Assembly (NCBI GenBank): GCA_043805415.1
Contig: JAZDHZ010000043.1
Span: 5,844-69,843 of the forward strand
Length of the DNA stretch: 64,000 nucleotides
Direction of reading: 5' to 3'
Source of the DNA: Candidatus Omnitrophota bacterium
GTDB taxonomy: Bacteria > Omnitrophota > Gorgyraeia > B26-G9
Shown: in pieces, positions 45,828 to 56,271 of the stretch
Numbering within the stretch: position 1 is the stretch's first letter
Layout of the letters: each line of letters begins with the position of its first letter
Translations under genes and position numbers: made by a program
Notes under the pieces: generated by a model
Told to the model about the DNA's origin: nothing
The model's input: the letters and a program-made list of their open reading frames with translations, nothing else
Database searches by the model: none

Positions 45828-47447
45828 ATGCTTTCTTTACAAAATAAAGGCCATGAGCGTTCTGATCTTTTAGAACTCCTGGAAAAGCGGGTAAGCGCTT
45901 TTAAGAATAAATACCGCCAGAATATCGCGATTATCGGTCATCAGGCTTTAGGTAAGACCGCTTTGGTTTTTGATTTATTAAAAATCATTAAAGACGGCGC
46001 AATAATTCCGATATATTTGCAGGTTAAAACAAAATCGTTTGAATTATTTACCAAAAATTTTATCGGTGTTCTGCTGTATGAGTATTTAGCTTTAGAAACA
46101 GGGGAAATTGAAGACAGTTTTGAATTTTTATTAGCCAAATGCAAAGAAACCGCCCCGAAAACCGCTAAAGCGATTAATAATATCAATAAATTATTAAAAG
46201 ATGAGGCAGAGTATGATGAGATTTATACTCAGCTATTAGATTTGCCTCAGATCTTATACGATGAAACAAAAAAACCCGTATTGCTGATTTTTGATGAGTT
46301 TCAGAATCTGGAAGATTTTAAACTAAGCAATCCGTTTTTAGAACTGAGCAATAAAATCATGGTGCAGAAAAACACCATGTATATAGTAGTAAGTTCTCAG
46401 ATTCATAATTCATTAAATATCCTTTCAAAAAAATTGAGCCTTTTGTTCGGGAATTTTGAAATGATAAATGTACAGCCTTTTGATAATAATATTGCCGGTC
46501 AGTTCATTGAAAATAAACTTGATAAAATAAAAATTGATTGTTTGCTGAAAAACTTTATTATTCATTTTAGCGGAGCATATCCGTTTTATTTAAGTGTGAT
46601 TTGTGAGCAGCTAAAGTGTATTTGCCTGGAAAATTCGATAGAGACTGTAACGGAAAAGGAATTATTGCTCAGTCTGATCGAGTTAATGCATAATGATCAT
46701 GGAGTGATAAATCAATATTTTAATCATAAATACCATGCTATTTTAAATATTAATCATAAAAATCTTTATCCGCTGATTTTGCTGGTGATTGCCAATGGGA
46801 CAAAAAAAACCTCGCAAATCGGCAAACAGTTAAATAAAAAAGCTCCGGAAATAAATCGGCATTTAACCGCTCTGGCGCAAAAAGATATTATCTCAAAACG
46901 GGGAGTGTTTAATGAAATAAACGACCCCTTATTAATTTATTGGCTTAGGTTTGTTATGGCTAAGCAGGAAAATTCGTTCAGCACTGATCAGGAAAAAGCA
47001 ACGCGAAGATTTGAGGCTGATATCCAGGGGCTTTTAAAACTATTTATTCAGGAATCTGAGAAAAAAGTACCGCAAAGATTAAAAGAAGTATTTGAGCTGT
47101 TTGAAAACGATATTGTGGAATTAGATCGCAAGCGATTTATGCTTACGCATTTTGATGAAATAGATATTCATGATAATAATGGCGCGTGCTTAGTTAATGC
47201 CCGCAGACTTAAAAAATCATGGATTTGCTGCATTGAAAAGAATTTTGTGGATGAAGCTAAAATCGGATATTTTCTTGAAAAAGCAAAGCGCAAAGAGTTT
47301 ATTAAAAAAATCCTCATCACTTTAGACGGCATTGATGCCAATGCCAGATTAAAGGCTTTAGACGCTAAAGTATGGATCTGGGATCAAAATATACTTAATG
47401 AATTATTAACATTATTTGAAAAACCAAGGCTGATAAAATGCGAATAG
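45828..47447 (+). CDS. AAA-type ATPase (Arch_ATPase/DUF234-like)
   Basis: Walker A-like IAIIGHQALGKTALV near N-terminus, Walker B-like LLIFDEFQ; 539 aa. Confidence 0.5.
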   Translation: MLSLQNKGHERSDLLELLEKRVSAFKNKYRQNIAIIGHQALGKTALVFDLLKIIKDGAIIPIYLQVKTKSFELFTKNFIGVLLYEYLALETGEIEDSFEFLLAKCKETAPKTAKAINNINKLLKDEAEYDEIYTQLLDLPQILYDETKKPVLLIFDEFQNLEDFKLSNPFLELSNKIMVQKNTMYIVVSSQIHNSLNILSKKLSLLFGNFEMINVQPFDNNIAGQFIENKLDKIKIDCLLKNFIIHFSGAYPFYLSVICEQLKCICLENSIETVTEKELLLSLIELMHNDHGVINQYFNHKYHAILNINHKNLYPLILLVIANGTKKTSQIGKQLNKKAPEINRHLTALAQKDIISKRGVFNEINDPLLIYWLRFVMAKQENSFSTDQEKATRRFEADIQGLLKLFIQESEKKVPQRLKEVFELFENDIVELDRKRFMLTHFDEIDIHDNNGACLVNARRLKKSWICCIEKNFVDEAKIGYFLEKAKRKEFIKKILITLDGIDANARLKALDAKVWIWDQNILNELLTLFEKPRLIKCE

Positions 47448-47917
47448 GCGTAATTTCCGACACACATATTCCGATTGTCTGCGATGAGTTGCCGCTGGTG
47501 CTGAAAAAATACTTTAAAGGCGTGGATATGATCCTCCATGCCGGAGATCTTGTCGAGCAGTGCGTGCTTGATCAGCTATTGGCATACTGTCCCAAGGTTG
47601 AGGCGGTTTGCGGCAATATGGATTGCGCGCAGCTGCAGACTAAGCTGCCGGCTAAGAAAATTATCCAGGCCGGTAAATACACTATCGGCTTAACGCATGG
47701 CTGGGGTCCGCCGAAAAACATAGCTGATCGGATTGCTAAAGAATTTGACAATGTGGATATTATTGTTTTTGGACATTCGCATACGCCGATGAATGAAACA
47801 AAAAACAATGTTTTATTTTTTAATCCCGGCAGCGCGACTGATATGGTAAACGCTAAAAGATCAATTGGAATTATTGAGTTAAACAAGGAAATTAAAGCGA
47901 AAATAATTTCATTTTAA
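47438..47917 (+). CDS. YfcE/MJ0936-family metallophosphoesterase
   Basis: MRIGVISDTHIP, HAGDL, GHSHTP calcineurin-like motifs; 159 aa; start overlaps ATPase gene by 10 nt. Confidence 0.75.
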   Translation: MRIGVISDTHIPIVCDELPLVLKKYFKGVDMILHAGDLVEQCVLDQLLAYCPKVEAVCGNMDCAQLQTKLPAKKIIQAGKYTIGLTHGWGPPKNIADRIAKEFDNVDIIVFGHSHTPMNETKNNVLFFNPGSATDMVNAKRSIGIIELNKEIKAKIISF

Positions 47918-47962
47918 ATAAATGATTCGGCCTGTGACTCATGATATAATGTAGAATAGAAA

Positions 47963-48086
47963 ATAGCGATTAGCGGTTAGGAAAAGCAAAAAGGGTTTGG
48001 ATAATAGCTGATAGCTAATGGCCGATAGATAAAAAACAAAGAAAAAAGAGTATTGGGTAGTTGGTTCTTTTCACGCAATACGCGAT
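47963..48086 (+). repeat. intergenic repeat family, copy A (upstream of HIT-guaA)
   Basis: agcgattagcgg...ggataatagctgatagctaatggccgataga...ggttggttcttttcacgcaatacgcgatac, about 85% identical to 50208-50347. Confidence 0.55.
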
Positions 48087-48182
48087 ACTCACGGCGCAAT
48101 ACTGAGAATAAAAGACGGAAAACAGAAGACTAAAAAACATTCTACGATAACAAAAAACGGAATTTTGCGGAAAAGAGGCAAA

Positions 48183-48650
48183 ATGGACAAGTTATGGGCG
48201 CCTTGGCGCATAAAGTACATTCAGGCGAAAAAAACAAAAGGCTGTATATTTTGTCTGAAACCAAAACAAAAAAAAGACAAAATAAATTATATTGTTGCCA
48301 GAGGCAAATATGTGTATTCGATTTTAAACATTTTTCCTTATAATAATGGGCATATTATGATCACGCCTTATCGCCATATCGCGGATATTGATAAACTTAA
48401 TGTCCAGGAATGGGCGGAAATGTTTGAGTTTATAAAAAACACCACACAGCTTTTAAAAATAAAACTGCAGGCGCAGGGATTTAATATCGGGTTTAATATC
48501 GGCAAGGTTGCCGGAGCAGGCATTGACCAGCATCTGCATATGCATATTGTGCCCCGCTGGGACGCGGATACTAATTTTATGCCGGTATTAACCGACTCAA
48601 AGGTGATTTCACAGTCTTTGGATGAACTTTATAGGATTTTGACCACATGA
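48183..48650 (+). CDS. HIT family hydrolase
   Basis: [11 protein letters not shown] histidine-triad motif; ATG 48183 with aagagg RBS preferred over TTG 48165. Confidence 0.75.
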   Translation: MDKLWAPWRIKYIQAKKTKGCIFCLKPKQKKDKINYIVARGKYVYSILNIFPYNNGHIMITPYRHIADIDKLNVQEWAEMFEFIKNTTQLLKIKLQAQGFNIGFNIGKVAGAGIDQHLHMHIVPRWDADTNFMPVLTDSKVISQSLDELYRILTT

Positions 48651-50185
48651 AAGAATTAATCATAATCATTGATTTTGGTTCACAGTATAGTCAGCTTATT
48701 GCCCGCAGAGTCCGCGAATATAATGTCTATTGCGAGGTGCATCCGCCGCAAATCAGCGCGGCAAAGCTTCAGGAACTTAATCCTCTGGGCATAATTTTCT
48801 CCGGCGGACCGAAAAGTCTTACCCAGAAAAACGCGCCTAAAAGCGACCCGGCAATATTTGATTTAAACATACCTTTGCTCGGAATTTGTTATGGCATGCA
48901 GCTGATCGCGCATCATTTTAAGGGAAATGTCGGCAAATCATCAGCCCGGGAATACGGCAGAACCGAATTATTAATTGATGATGGAAAAGACTTGTTTAAA
49001 GGTCTGGGCAAAAAAATCATTACCTGGATGTCGCATGAAGACAAAGTAAAAAAACTGCCCAAGGATTTTATCGCTTTAGCGCGTACGGCTAATTCCAGCA
49101 TTGCCAGTTTTGCTAATCGAAGAAAAAAAATATTCGGCGTGCAGTTTCATCCGGAAGTTGTCCATACACCCAAGGGAAATATTATTCTGAGGAATTTTCT
49201 GTTTAATGTCTGCGGCTGTAAAGGGCTTTGGACCATGCAGTCATTTATTCATGACTCGATCAAGCAGATCAAGCAGCAGGTGGGAGATGACTCAGTTGTC
49301 TTAGGTCTAAGCGGCGGAGTTGACTCTTCAGTGGCCGCGGTATTATTGCATAAAGCTTTGGGAAAAAAACTGCATTGTATTTTTGTAAACAATGGCTTAC
49401 TCAGAGACGGGGAAGCGGAACAGGTAAGAAACACCTTCGCGAAACATTATAAGATGAATTTTCACTATGCTGAGGCGGAAAAACTTTTCCTGGATAAACT
49501 AAAAAACATTACTGATCCGGAAAAGAAAAGAAAAATCATCGGACGTTTATTTATCGAGGTTTTTGACGCTTATGCCAAGAAACTTAAAAATATAAAATTT
49601 CTCGCGCAGGGCACGCTTTACCCGGATGTAATTGAAAGCCAGTCGGTATTCGGCGGACCAAGTTCAATGATCAAAAGCCATCATAATGTCGGCGGCTTAC
49701 CCAAGAAAATGAAATTAAAATTAGTTGAACCGCTCAAATTTTTATTTAAAGACGAAGTCAGACTGCTGGGCAAAGAGCTCAAAATTCCAGCAGAGTTAAT
49801 TGAGCGCCATCCTTTTCCCGGTCCTGGCCTGGCTATCCGGATATTAGGCGCGGTAAGCAAGGAAAGGCTGGATATCCTCCGCCAGGCGGATAAACGGTTT
49901 ATTGAAGAGATTAAGGCCGCGGGCTTATATCATCAGGTTTGGCAGGCTTTAGCAGTTTTATTGCCGGTAAGAAGTGTCGGGGTTATGGGCGATGAAAGAA
50001 CATATGAGAATACGATTGCTCTGCGGGCAGTAACCAGTGTTGATGGAATGACTGCTGATTGGGCAAAATTACCCATGGATATGTTAGGCATAGTTTCCAA
50101 CAAAATCATAAACGAAGTTAAAGGAGTTAACAGAGTAGTCTATGATATCAGTAGTAAGCCTCCGGCAACTATTGAGTGGGAATAA
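48647..50185 (+). CDS. guaA: GMP synthase (glutamine-hydrolysing)
   Basis: GATase CYGMQL catalytic Cys, ATP-PPase SGGVDSSV P-loop, C-terminal dimerisation domain ending IEWE. Confidence 0.9.
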   Translation: MKELIIIIDFGSQYSQLIARRVREYNVYCEVHPPQISAAKLQELNPLGIIFSGGPKSLTQKNAPKSDPAIFDLNIPLLGICYGMQLIAHHFKGNVGKSSAREYGRTELLIDDGKDLFKGLGKKIITWMSHEDKVKKLPKDFIALARTANSSIASFANRRKKIFGVQFHPEVVHTPKGNIILRNFLFNVCGCKGLWTMQSFIHDSIKQIKQQVGDDSVVLGLSGGVDSSVAAVLLHKALGKKLHCIFVNNGLLRDGEAEQVRNTFAKHYKMNFHYAEAEKLFLDKLKNITDPEKKRKIIGRLFIEVFDAYAKKLKNIKFLAQGTLYPDVIESQSVFGGPSSMIKSHHNVGGLPKKMKLKLVEPLKFLFKDEVRLLGKELKIPAELIERHPFPGPGLAIRILGAVSKERLDILRQADKRFIEEIKAAGLYHQVWQALAVLLPVRSVGVMGDERTYENTIALRAVTSVDGMTADWAKLPMDMLGIVSNKIINEVKGVNRVVYDISSKPPATIEWE

Positions 50186-50207
50186 AACAGCGATTAGCGG
50201 ATAGAAA

Positions 50208-50347
50208 AAAGCAGAAGACAGAAAAAGCAAAAAGCACTTGGCTAATAGCTTATAGCTGATGGTCGACAGATAAAAAATCAAAAAAAAGAGTATGGGGTGG
50301 TTGGTTCTTTTCACGCAATAGGCGATACATAATCATAAGTTTAATTT
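50208..50347 (+). repeat. intergenic repeat family, copy B (downstream of guaA); partial inverted copy at 50404-50455
   Basis: Direct repeat of copy A; the segment tcgaccattagctat...tgatacgcgatac at 50404-50455 is the reverse complement of its atagctgatggtcga core plus the gatacgcgatac tail. Confidence 0.55.
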
Positions 50348-50471
50348 TTATTTGGAGTTTGTAGGTTTGGATTTATTTAGGATTTAGCGTTTAGGTTTTT
50401 TAAAAAAGTATCGACCATTAGCTATTGACTATTAGTTTGTTGATACGCGATACAGAAAATTAAGAGATATT

Positions 50472-53400
50472 ATGAAACACAGTGATTTCGTACATTTACA
50501 TGTACATAGCCAATATAGTCTGCTTGATGGCGCCTGTATGCTGCCGAAACTTATTGATCTGGCGCATGAAATGCGCATGCCGGCACTAACAATTACTGAT
50601 CATGGTAATATGTTCGGGGCAATTGAATTTTATTCCCAGGCAATGAAAAAGGGATTAAAACCAATTATTGGCTGCGAAATGTATATGGCCAAAGGCAGCC
50701 GACTGGGCCGGGGAGAAGATGGGCTCAAAGGTCAGCATCATTTAACCTTGCTGGTAAAAGATGAGCAGGGATATAGAAATCTGATTCGGCTTGTGTCTAT
50801 AGCCAATCGCGAAGGCTTTTACTATAAACCCCGGATTGATCAAGAAATGCTCACGCAATATTCCCAGGGGCTGATTTGTTTGAGCGGCTGTTTAAAAGGC
50901 GAGATTGCTTCTTTACTGCTTAGCGGAAAAGAAAAGCAGGCAATTGAATCAGCCGAATTCATGAAACAATTATTCGGTAAGGATAGTTTTTATATCGAGT
51001 TAATGGATCATGGACTAGTTGAGCAGAAAAAAGTAAATAAACTCCTGATCCAGCTTGCCCGCAACCTGGATCTGCCCTTAGTCGCTACCAATGATGTGCA
51101 TTATTTAAAAAAAGAAATGGCCACCGCGCACGAAGTTCTGCTTTGTCTGCAGACTCAGACTACTTTGGCTGATGTTAACCGGATGAAGATGAGCACCAAT
51201 GAATTTTATTTTAAATCTCCGGAAGAAATGAAAAAGCTGTTTGCTGAAGTTCCGGACGCGATAAGTAATACGCTTAAAATCACGGAAATGTGCAATCTGG
51301 AACTGGATTTTAGCAAAACCCATTTACCCAAATATAATCTTCCCGACGGATCAAAAGCAATTGATGTGCTTGGCGATATGTGTAAGCAAAAAATCCCGGA
51401 ATTATATAAAGGCCGGGAAACCCCGGCGCTTGAGCGTTTAGACATGGAACTGGGCGTAATTAATCATTCCGGATTTGCCAGTTACTTTTTAATCACCGCG
51501 GATTTTGTTCATTTTGCCAAGGAAAATAAAATCCCGGTTGGTCCGGGTAGAGGTTCGGCTGCCGGCAGTATTGTGGCTTATTTAATGGGGATTACGGAAA
51601 TTGATCCTTTGAAATATGATCTTTTGTTTGAACGGTTTTTAAATCCCGCGCGGGTAAGCTTTCCCGATATAGATATTGACTTTTGCTTTGAACGCCGCGA
51701 TGAAGTAATTCAGTATGTAATTGATAAATACGGCAAGGACAATGTTGCCCAGATTATAACTTTTGGCACAATGGCAGCTAAAGGCGCGATTCGCGATGTG
51801 GGCAGAGCGCTGGGTATTCCTTATGCCGAAGTAGATAAAATTGCCAAATTAGTCCCGCTAGAGCTTAATATCACCATAACTAAAGCGCTTAGTGTTGAGC
51901 CGGAATTAAAGAATTTATACAAATCAAACCCTAACATTAAAGAGCTGATTGATACAGCGCTGATTCTAGAGGGAATCAATCGGCATGCTTCAACTCATGC
52001 TGCCGGAGTAGTAATCAGTGATAAACCTTTGTATGAGCATATTCCATTATATCGTTCACAGGAAGGCCAGACCACTACCGGCTATACCATGAAATCTTTG
52101 GATAAAATCGGTTTATTGAAGATGGACTTTCTTGGTTTAAAAACCCTGACAATTATTTCCCAGGCTGTTAAAATTATTAAACGCACCAAAGGCATTGATC
52201 TGAATATCAGCACAATTAATCTGGAAGATGAAAAAACTTTTGATTTATTTAAAAAAGCCAAAACTCAGGGTGTGTTTCAGCTGGAAAGTACCGGCATGCA
52301 GGACATTCTTAAGAAACTCAAGCCGGATAAGTTTGAAGATATTATTGCTTTGCTGGCTTTATATCGACCCGGACCTTTAGGCAGCGGCATGGTTGATGAT
52401 TTTATTAAACGCAAACGCTCCGGGGAAAAAGTAAAGTATGATCATCCTTGTCTTGAACCTGTGCTCAAAGATACTTATGGAATTATTCTTTATCAGGAAC
52501 AGGTAATGCGGATCAGCAATGTGCTTGCCGGATTTTCTTTAGCCCAAGCGGATTTGCTCAGAAGAGCAATGGGTAAGAAAATTCCTGAAGTTATTGAGGA
52601 TCTTAAGAAAACTTTTGTTGACGGAGCAGTAAAGAATAATATCAGCCGGGCGATCGCGGAAAAAGTTTTCGGCTTGATCGAATATTTTGCCGGATATGGT
52701 TTTAATAAAAGCCATTCCACAGCCTATGCTTTAATTTCCTATCAAACCGCTTATTTAAAAGCAAATTATCCGGTTGAATTCATGGCCGCGTTACTGACTT
52801 GCGAAAAAGATAATATGGATAAAATCGCCCGTTATATTAATGAATGCAAGCGGATGAAAATTAAAATCCTGCCGCCGGATATTAATGAAAGTTTTTCTCA
52901 GTTTACAGTGGTTAATGATGACGCGATACGCTTTGGGCTTTCCGCGGTTAAAAATGTAGGCTCCGGAGCGGTTGAGCTGATTATTAAGGCGCGAAAATTA
53001 GAAGGCGAATTTACTTCTCTGTTTAACTGCTGTAAGCGGGTTGATTCCAAAGCCGCGAATAAAAAAGTTTTGGAAAGTTTAATAAAATGCGGCGCTTTTG
53101 ACCGCTTAGGCGCTAAGCGTTCTCAGCTGATGGATGGGGTTGAGAAAATCATGAATCTTGCCGGAGCGATCAATAAGGATAAACAAAACGGACAGCTGTT
53201 ATTTTTTGAACAGCCGTCTAATGACGCGAATGATAACGCGGATCTGGCGGATATCGAAGAATGGCCGATATCCAAATTGCTGGCCTATGAAAAAATGATG
53301 CTTGGTTTTTATATTACCGCCCATCCTTTAGATCAGTATAAAAAAATAATTAAAAGATATGATTTGTCAAACACCAGTGATTTGCATAAAATGGATAAAA

Positions 53401-53906
53401 ACGGCCTGGATGTTTCGGTAATCGGAATTTTAGAAAAAATCCGGACTACGGTCACCAAAAGAAAAGCTGAGAAAATGGCAATTGTAAGACTGGAAGACAC
53501 CGAGAGCTTTGTGGAAGTTTTAGTGTTTCCGGAAACTTATAAAAAAACCTATATGAGTTTGGTGGAGGATGAGGTGGTTATTGTTAAAGGCAAACTGGAT
53601 TTAAAAGAAGATACTCCCAAAATTCTGGCTAGTGACATTATTCCGATTGAACAAGCCTCAAATCGTTTGATCGATAGTATTAGTTTGAATATTTCTTCTG
53701 AAGCATCAGGTAAGATATTTCACGAATTAAAAGATATTCTCCAGCTGCATCCGGGAAATACTCCGGTTCATCTGGCGATGGCAAATAAAGAGGGTAGAAC
53801 AATTAAAATTCAGCCAGATACTGGTGTGGCTATTAATAATATACTGCTTTCCGACCTGGAAAAAATTTTAGGTAAAGAAGAAGTATTGATAAAAGTTAAA
53901 AAATAA
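50472..53906 (+). CDS. dnaE: DNA polymerase III alpha subunit
   Basis: 1144 aa; N-terminal PHP domain (FVHLHVHSQYSLLDG), polymerase core GFNKSHSTAYA, OB-fold region. Confidence 0.9.
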   Translation: MKHSDFVHLHVHSQYSLLDGACMLPKLIDLAHEMRMPALTITDHGNMFGAIEFYSQAMKKGLKPIIGCEMYMAKGSRLGRGEDGLKGQHHLTLLVKDEQGYRNLIRLVSIANREGFYYKPRIDQEMLTQYSQGLICLSGCLKGEIASLLLSGKEKQAIESAEFMKQLFGKDSFYIELMDHGLVEQKKVNKLLIQLARNLDLPLVATNDVHYLKKEMATAHEVLLCLQTQTTLADVNRMKMSTNEFYFKSPEEMKKLFAEVPDAISNTLKITEMCNLELDFSKTHLPKYNLPDGSKAIDVLGDMCKQKIPELYKGRETPALERLDMELGVINHSGFASYFLITADFVHFAKENKIPVGPGRGSAAGSIVAYLMGITEIDPLKYDLLFERFLNPARVSFPDIDIDFCFERRDEVIQYVIDKYGKDNVAQIITFGTMAAKGAIRDVGRALGIPYAEVDKIAKLVPLELNITITKALSVEPELKNLYKSNPNIKELIDTALILEGINRHASTHAAGVVISDKPLYEHIPLYRSQEGQTTTGYTMKSLDKIGLLKMDFLGLKTLTIISQAVKIIKRTKGIDLNISTINLEDEKTFDLFKKAKTQGVFQLESTGMQDILKKLKPDKFEDIIALLALYRPGPLGSGMVDDFIKRKRSGEKVKYDHPCLEPVLKDTYGIILYQEQVMRISNVLAGFSLAQADLLRRAMGKKIPEVIEDLKKTFVDGAVKNNISRAIAEKVFGLIEYFAGYGFNKSHSTAYALISYQTAYLKANYPVEFMAALLTCEKDNMDKIARYINECKRMKIKILPPDINESFSQFTVVNDDAIRFGLSAVKNVGSGAVELIIKARKLEGEFTSLFNCCKRVDSKAANKKVLESLIKCGAFDRLGAKRSQLMDGVEKIMNLAGAINKDKQNGQLLFFEQPSNDANDNADLADIEEWPISKLLAYEKMMLGFYITAHPLDQYKKIIKRYDLSNTSDLHKMDKNGLDVSVIGILEKIRTTVTKRKAEKMAIVRLEDTESFVEVLVFPETYKKTYMSLVEDEVVIVKGKLDLKEDTPKILASDIIPIEQASNRLIDSISLNISSEASGKIFHELKDILQLHPGNTPVHLAMANKEGRTIKIQPDTGVAINNILLSDLEKILGKEEVLIKVKK

Positions 53907-53920
53907 AAAAAGGAGTAAGA

Positions 53921-55315
53921 ATGGATAATTCAATGGATTTTTACGCGGAAATGCGGGCCAATACGAGAATTCGTTCGAGGATCAGCGTTTCTTATCAAAT
54001 TATTAATCCTGATGGATCGCTGCAGACATCAGCCAAGACCTTTGCCCGCGACATTAGTTCAACCGGGATTTTTATTGTTTTAAAAAAGCCTCTGGATCTT
54101 AATACTAAACTGCGGTTTGAATTCAGGCTGCCTAAGATCAACAATCTTATTGAAATAATTTCTCACGTTGTGCGGATTGAAGAAATTGAGAATAGTGAAT
54201 TTGGAATCGGCATTCTGTTTGATCAAATCCTAAATGAAAATCAGGATGAAATTCTCAAATGCATAGAGTCAATGGACCTTGTCCGATTACTCCAAATTAC
54301 TGCTCAGAAAAAAGCATCGGATTTGCATCTTACCTATAATCGTCCTCCGATCATGCGTTTACACGGAAAACTGGTGCCAATGGAATTAGAGGCATTGGGA
54401 ACAACTGAACTAAAGAATTTAATTTTCAGCATACTTAGTGATGAGCAAATCGCGAGATTTGAAAAATTCAAAGAATTAGATTTTGCTTTTTCGCCTCACC
54501 CGGATTTGCGGTTCAGAGCGAATGTGCATATGCAGCGGGGAAATGTGGAAGCTACTTTCCGGGTAATCATGCCGGACCTTAAAACCATCCAGGAATTAGG
54601 ACTGCCCAGCGTTGTGGAAAAACTCGCTTTATTAAAAAAAGGAATTGTGATTATTGCCGGCCCAACCGGATCAGGGAAAACAACTACGCTCGCGGCAATG
54701 GTGGACATCATTAATCGGCAAAGACAATCAGTTATTATTTGTTTGGAAGATCCGATTGAATATATCCACGCGAATTTAAATTGTATTATTAAGCAAAGAG
54801 AAATCGGTACAGATACGCTTTCTTTTTCCGTTGCTTTAAAACGGACTTTAAGACAAGATCCTGATGTTATTGTTGTCGGGGAGCTTTTAGACGCGGAAAC
54901 AGTGCGCACAGTTATTACCGCAGCGGAAACCGGACATCTGGTTCTCACTTCTTTGCATGCGCCTGATACGATTCAGGCAATTGACCGCTTGATCAGTATT
55001 TTCCCTCCGCAGCAGCGGCAGCAAGCATGTATTCAGGTAGCCAATAGTTTGCAAGGTATTGTTACCCAGTCACTTATACCAAAAAAAGATCGCGAAACAA
55101 GAGTTTTGGCAACAGAAGTAATGATCATGACTGACGCGATTCGTAATCATATCAGAGAGGGGCAGACCATTCAGATTCCCTCGACAATTCAGACCGGAGC
55201 ACGCTATCAAATGCATACTATGGCTGAGAGTCTTAAGCGATTATATTATGGACATATGATTTCCAAAGAAACAGCTATTGATTACGCGCCTGAGCTTGCG
55301 GAAATAATAACTTGA
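53921..55315 (+). CDS. PilZ-domain / PilT-family ATPase fusion
   Basis: N-terminal PilZ motifs RIRSR...DISSTGIF; then Walker A GPTGSGKTTTLAA and PilT-type AIRNHIREGQTIQI. Confidence 0.7.
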   Translation: MDNSMDFYAEMRANTRIRSRISVSYQIINPDGSLQTSAKTFARDISSTGIFIVLKKPLDLNTKLRFEFRLPKINNLIEIISHVVRIEEIENSEFGIGILFDQILNENQDEILKCIESMDLVRLLQITAQKKASDLHLTYNRPPIMRLHGKLVPMELEALGTTELKNLIFSILSDEQIARFEKFKELDFAFSPHPDLRFRANVHMQRGNVEATFRVIMPDLKTIQELGLPSVVEKLALLKKGIVIIAGPTGSGKTTTLAAMVDIINRQRQSVIICLEDPIEYIHANLNCIIKQREIGTDTLSFSVALKRTLRQDPDVIVVGELLDAETVRTVITAAETGHLVLTSLHAPDTIQAIDRLISIFPPQQRQQACIQVANSLQGIVTQSLIPKKDRETRVLATEVMIMTDAIRNHIREGQTIQIPSTIQTGARYQMHTMAESLKRLYYGHMISKETAIDYAPELAEIIT

Positions 55316-55377
55316 CAGTTTTTGTGTGATATGATAACATTTTAACAGTAGTTGTTGTTAACAAGAAGGATACGAAA

Positions 55378-55863
55378 ATGATAGATAAAATTTTAGAAGG
55401 TAAGATTACGCAGTTAAGTGATTTTGTTGAGTTGTGGGCTTCATTTTATGAACTATATAAACGGGCTACAGATCAACAAACGTTCACTGAAGAGGAAGAA
55501 AAAAACTTTTTGGAATTAAAAAGTAGCTTAGCAAGAAAATATCAAGGTTTAATGGATTCGCTGGGGATCAAGCCAACTGCTGAAGATAGAACTTTTGATG
55601 TAATCTCGCAAGTTATGAGTTTAAAAAGCATTACCACTTTATCTCCGCTGCAGCTGGAAAAATTAGAAAATGATTGGCACAATTCTTATATTACTTTAAA
55701 TAAGATAATGGGTTCTTTGGAAAATAGAAAAGGCGAGTTGGCTAAAATTAATGTTTTCGCGTTAAAATGTAAGCGTTTATTGCTTAATCCTTTTTTCGCG
55801 TTGATCTTAATTATAATAGTTATATCGTTTATCTATTATTTTATTAAAAACTTTTTCTCTTAA
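55378..55863 (+). CDS. hypothetical protein with C-terminal TM helix
   Basis: ORF track; helical, C-terminal LLNPFFALILIIIVISFIYYFI anchor. Confidence 0.3.
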   Translation: MIDKILEGKITQLSDFVELWASFYELYKRATDQQTFTEEEEKNFLELKSSLARKYQGLMDSLGIKPTAEDRTFDVISQVMSLKSITTLSPLQLEKLENDWHNSYITLNKIMGSLENRKGELAKINVFALKCKRLLLNPFFALILIIIVISFIYYFIKNFFS

Positions 55864-55913
55864 ATTAACCCTAAATTTGTTCTGCCAGTATTGTTGAAAG
55901 GAGGACTCCGAAA

Positions 55914-56186
55914 ATGACTAAGAAAGATATAGTGCTCAAGATTGCGACTGAAACAAAGATGAAGCAACAGGACATTAAGAAAGTTGTACAAAAAGCGCTT
56001 GACGCGATCATCGATAGTCTAGTAAATGGTCAAACCGTAGAATTACGCAATTTTGGTATTTTTAAAGTTAAATCCAGACGGGGAAGAACTGGCCGTAATC
56101 CTAGAACCGGTCAGGTAGTTCCAGTACCTCCAAAAAAAGTTGTAGTTTTTAAGCCAGGACTGGAAATGAAAAAACTGGTAAAATAA
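55914..56186 (+). CDS. hup: DNA-binding protein HU
   Basis: 90 aa; ELRNFGIFKVKSRRGRTGRNPRTGQVVPVP arm signature of HU/IHF. Confidence 0.85.
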   Translation: MTKKDIVLKIATETKMKQQDIKKVVQKALDAIIDSLVNGQTVELRNFGIFKVKSRRGRTGRNPRTGQVVPVPPKKVVVFKPGLEMKKLVK

Positions 56187-56221
56187 TTATCAGTTCAGAT
56201 TATAATTTGCTAATATTACAT

Positions 56222-56249
56222 AAAACCTCAATTACAGAATTGGGGTTTT
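56222..56249 (+). terminator. rho-independent terminator after hup
   Basis: aaaacctcaatt-acag-aattggggtttt: 12-bp stem (one G:U) ending in T4. Confidence 0.5.
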
Positions 56250-56271
56250 ATGCTTAAATTTGTAGGTTCAG

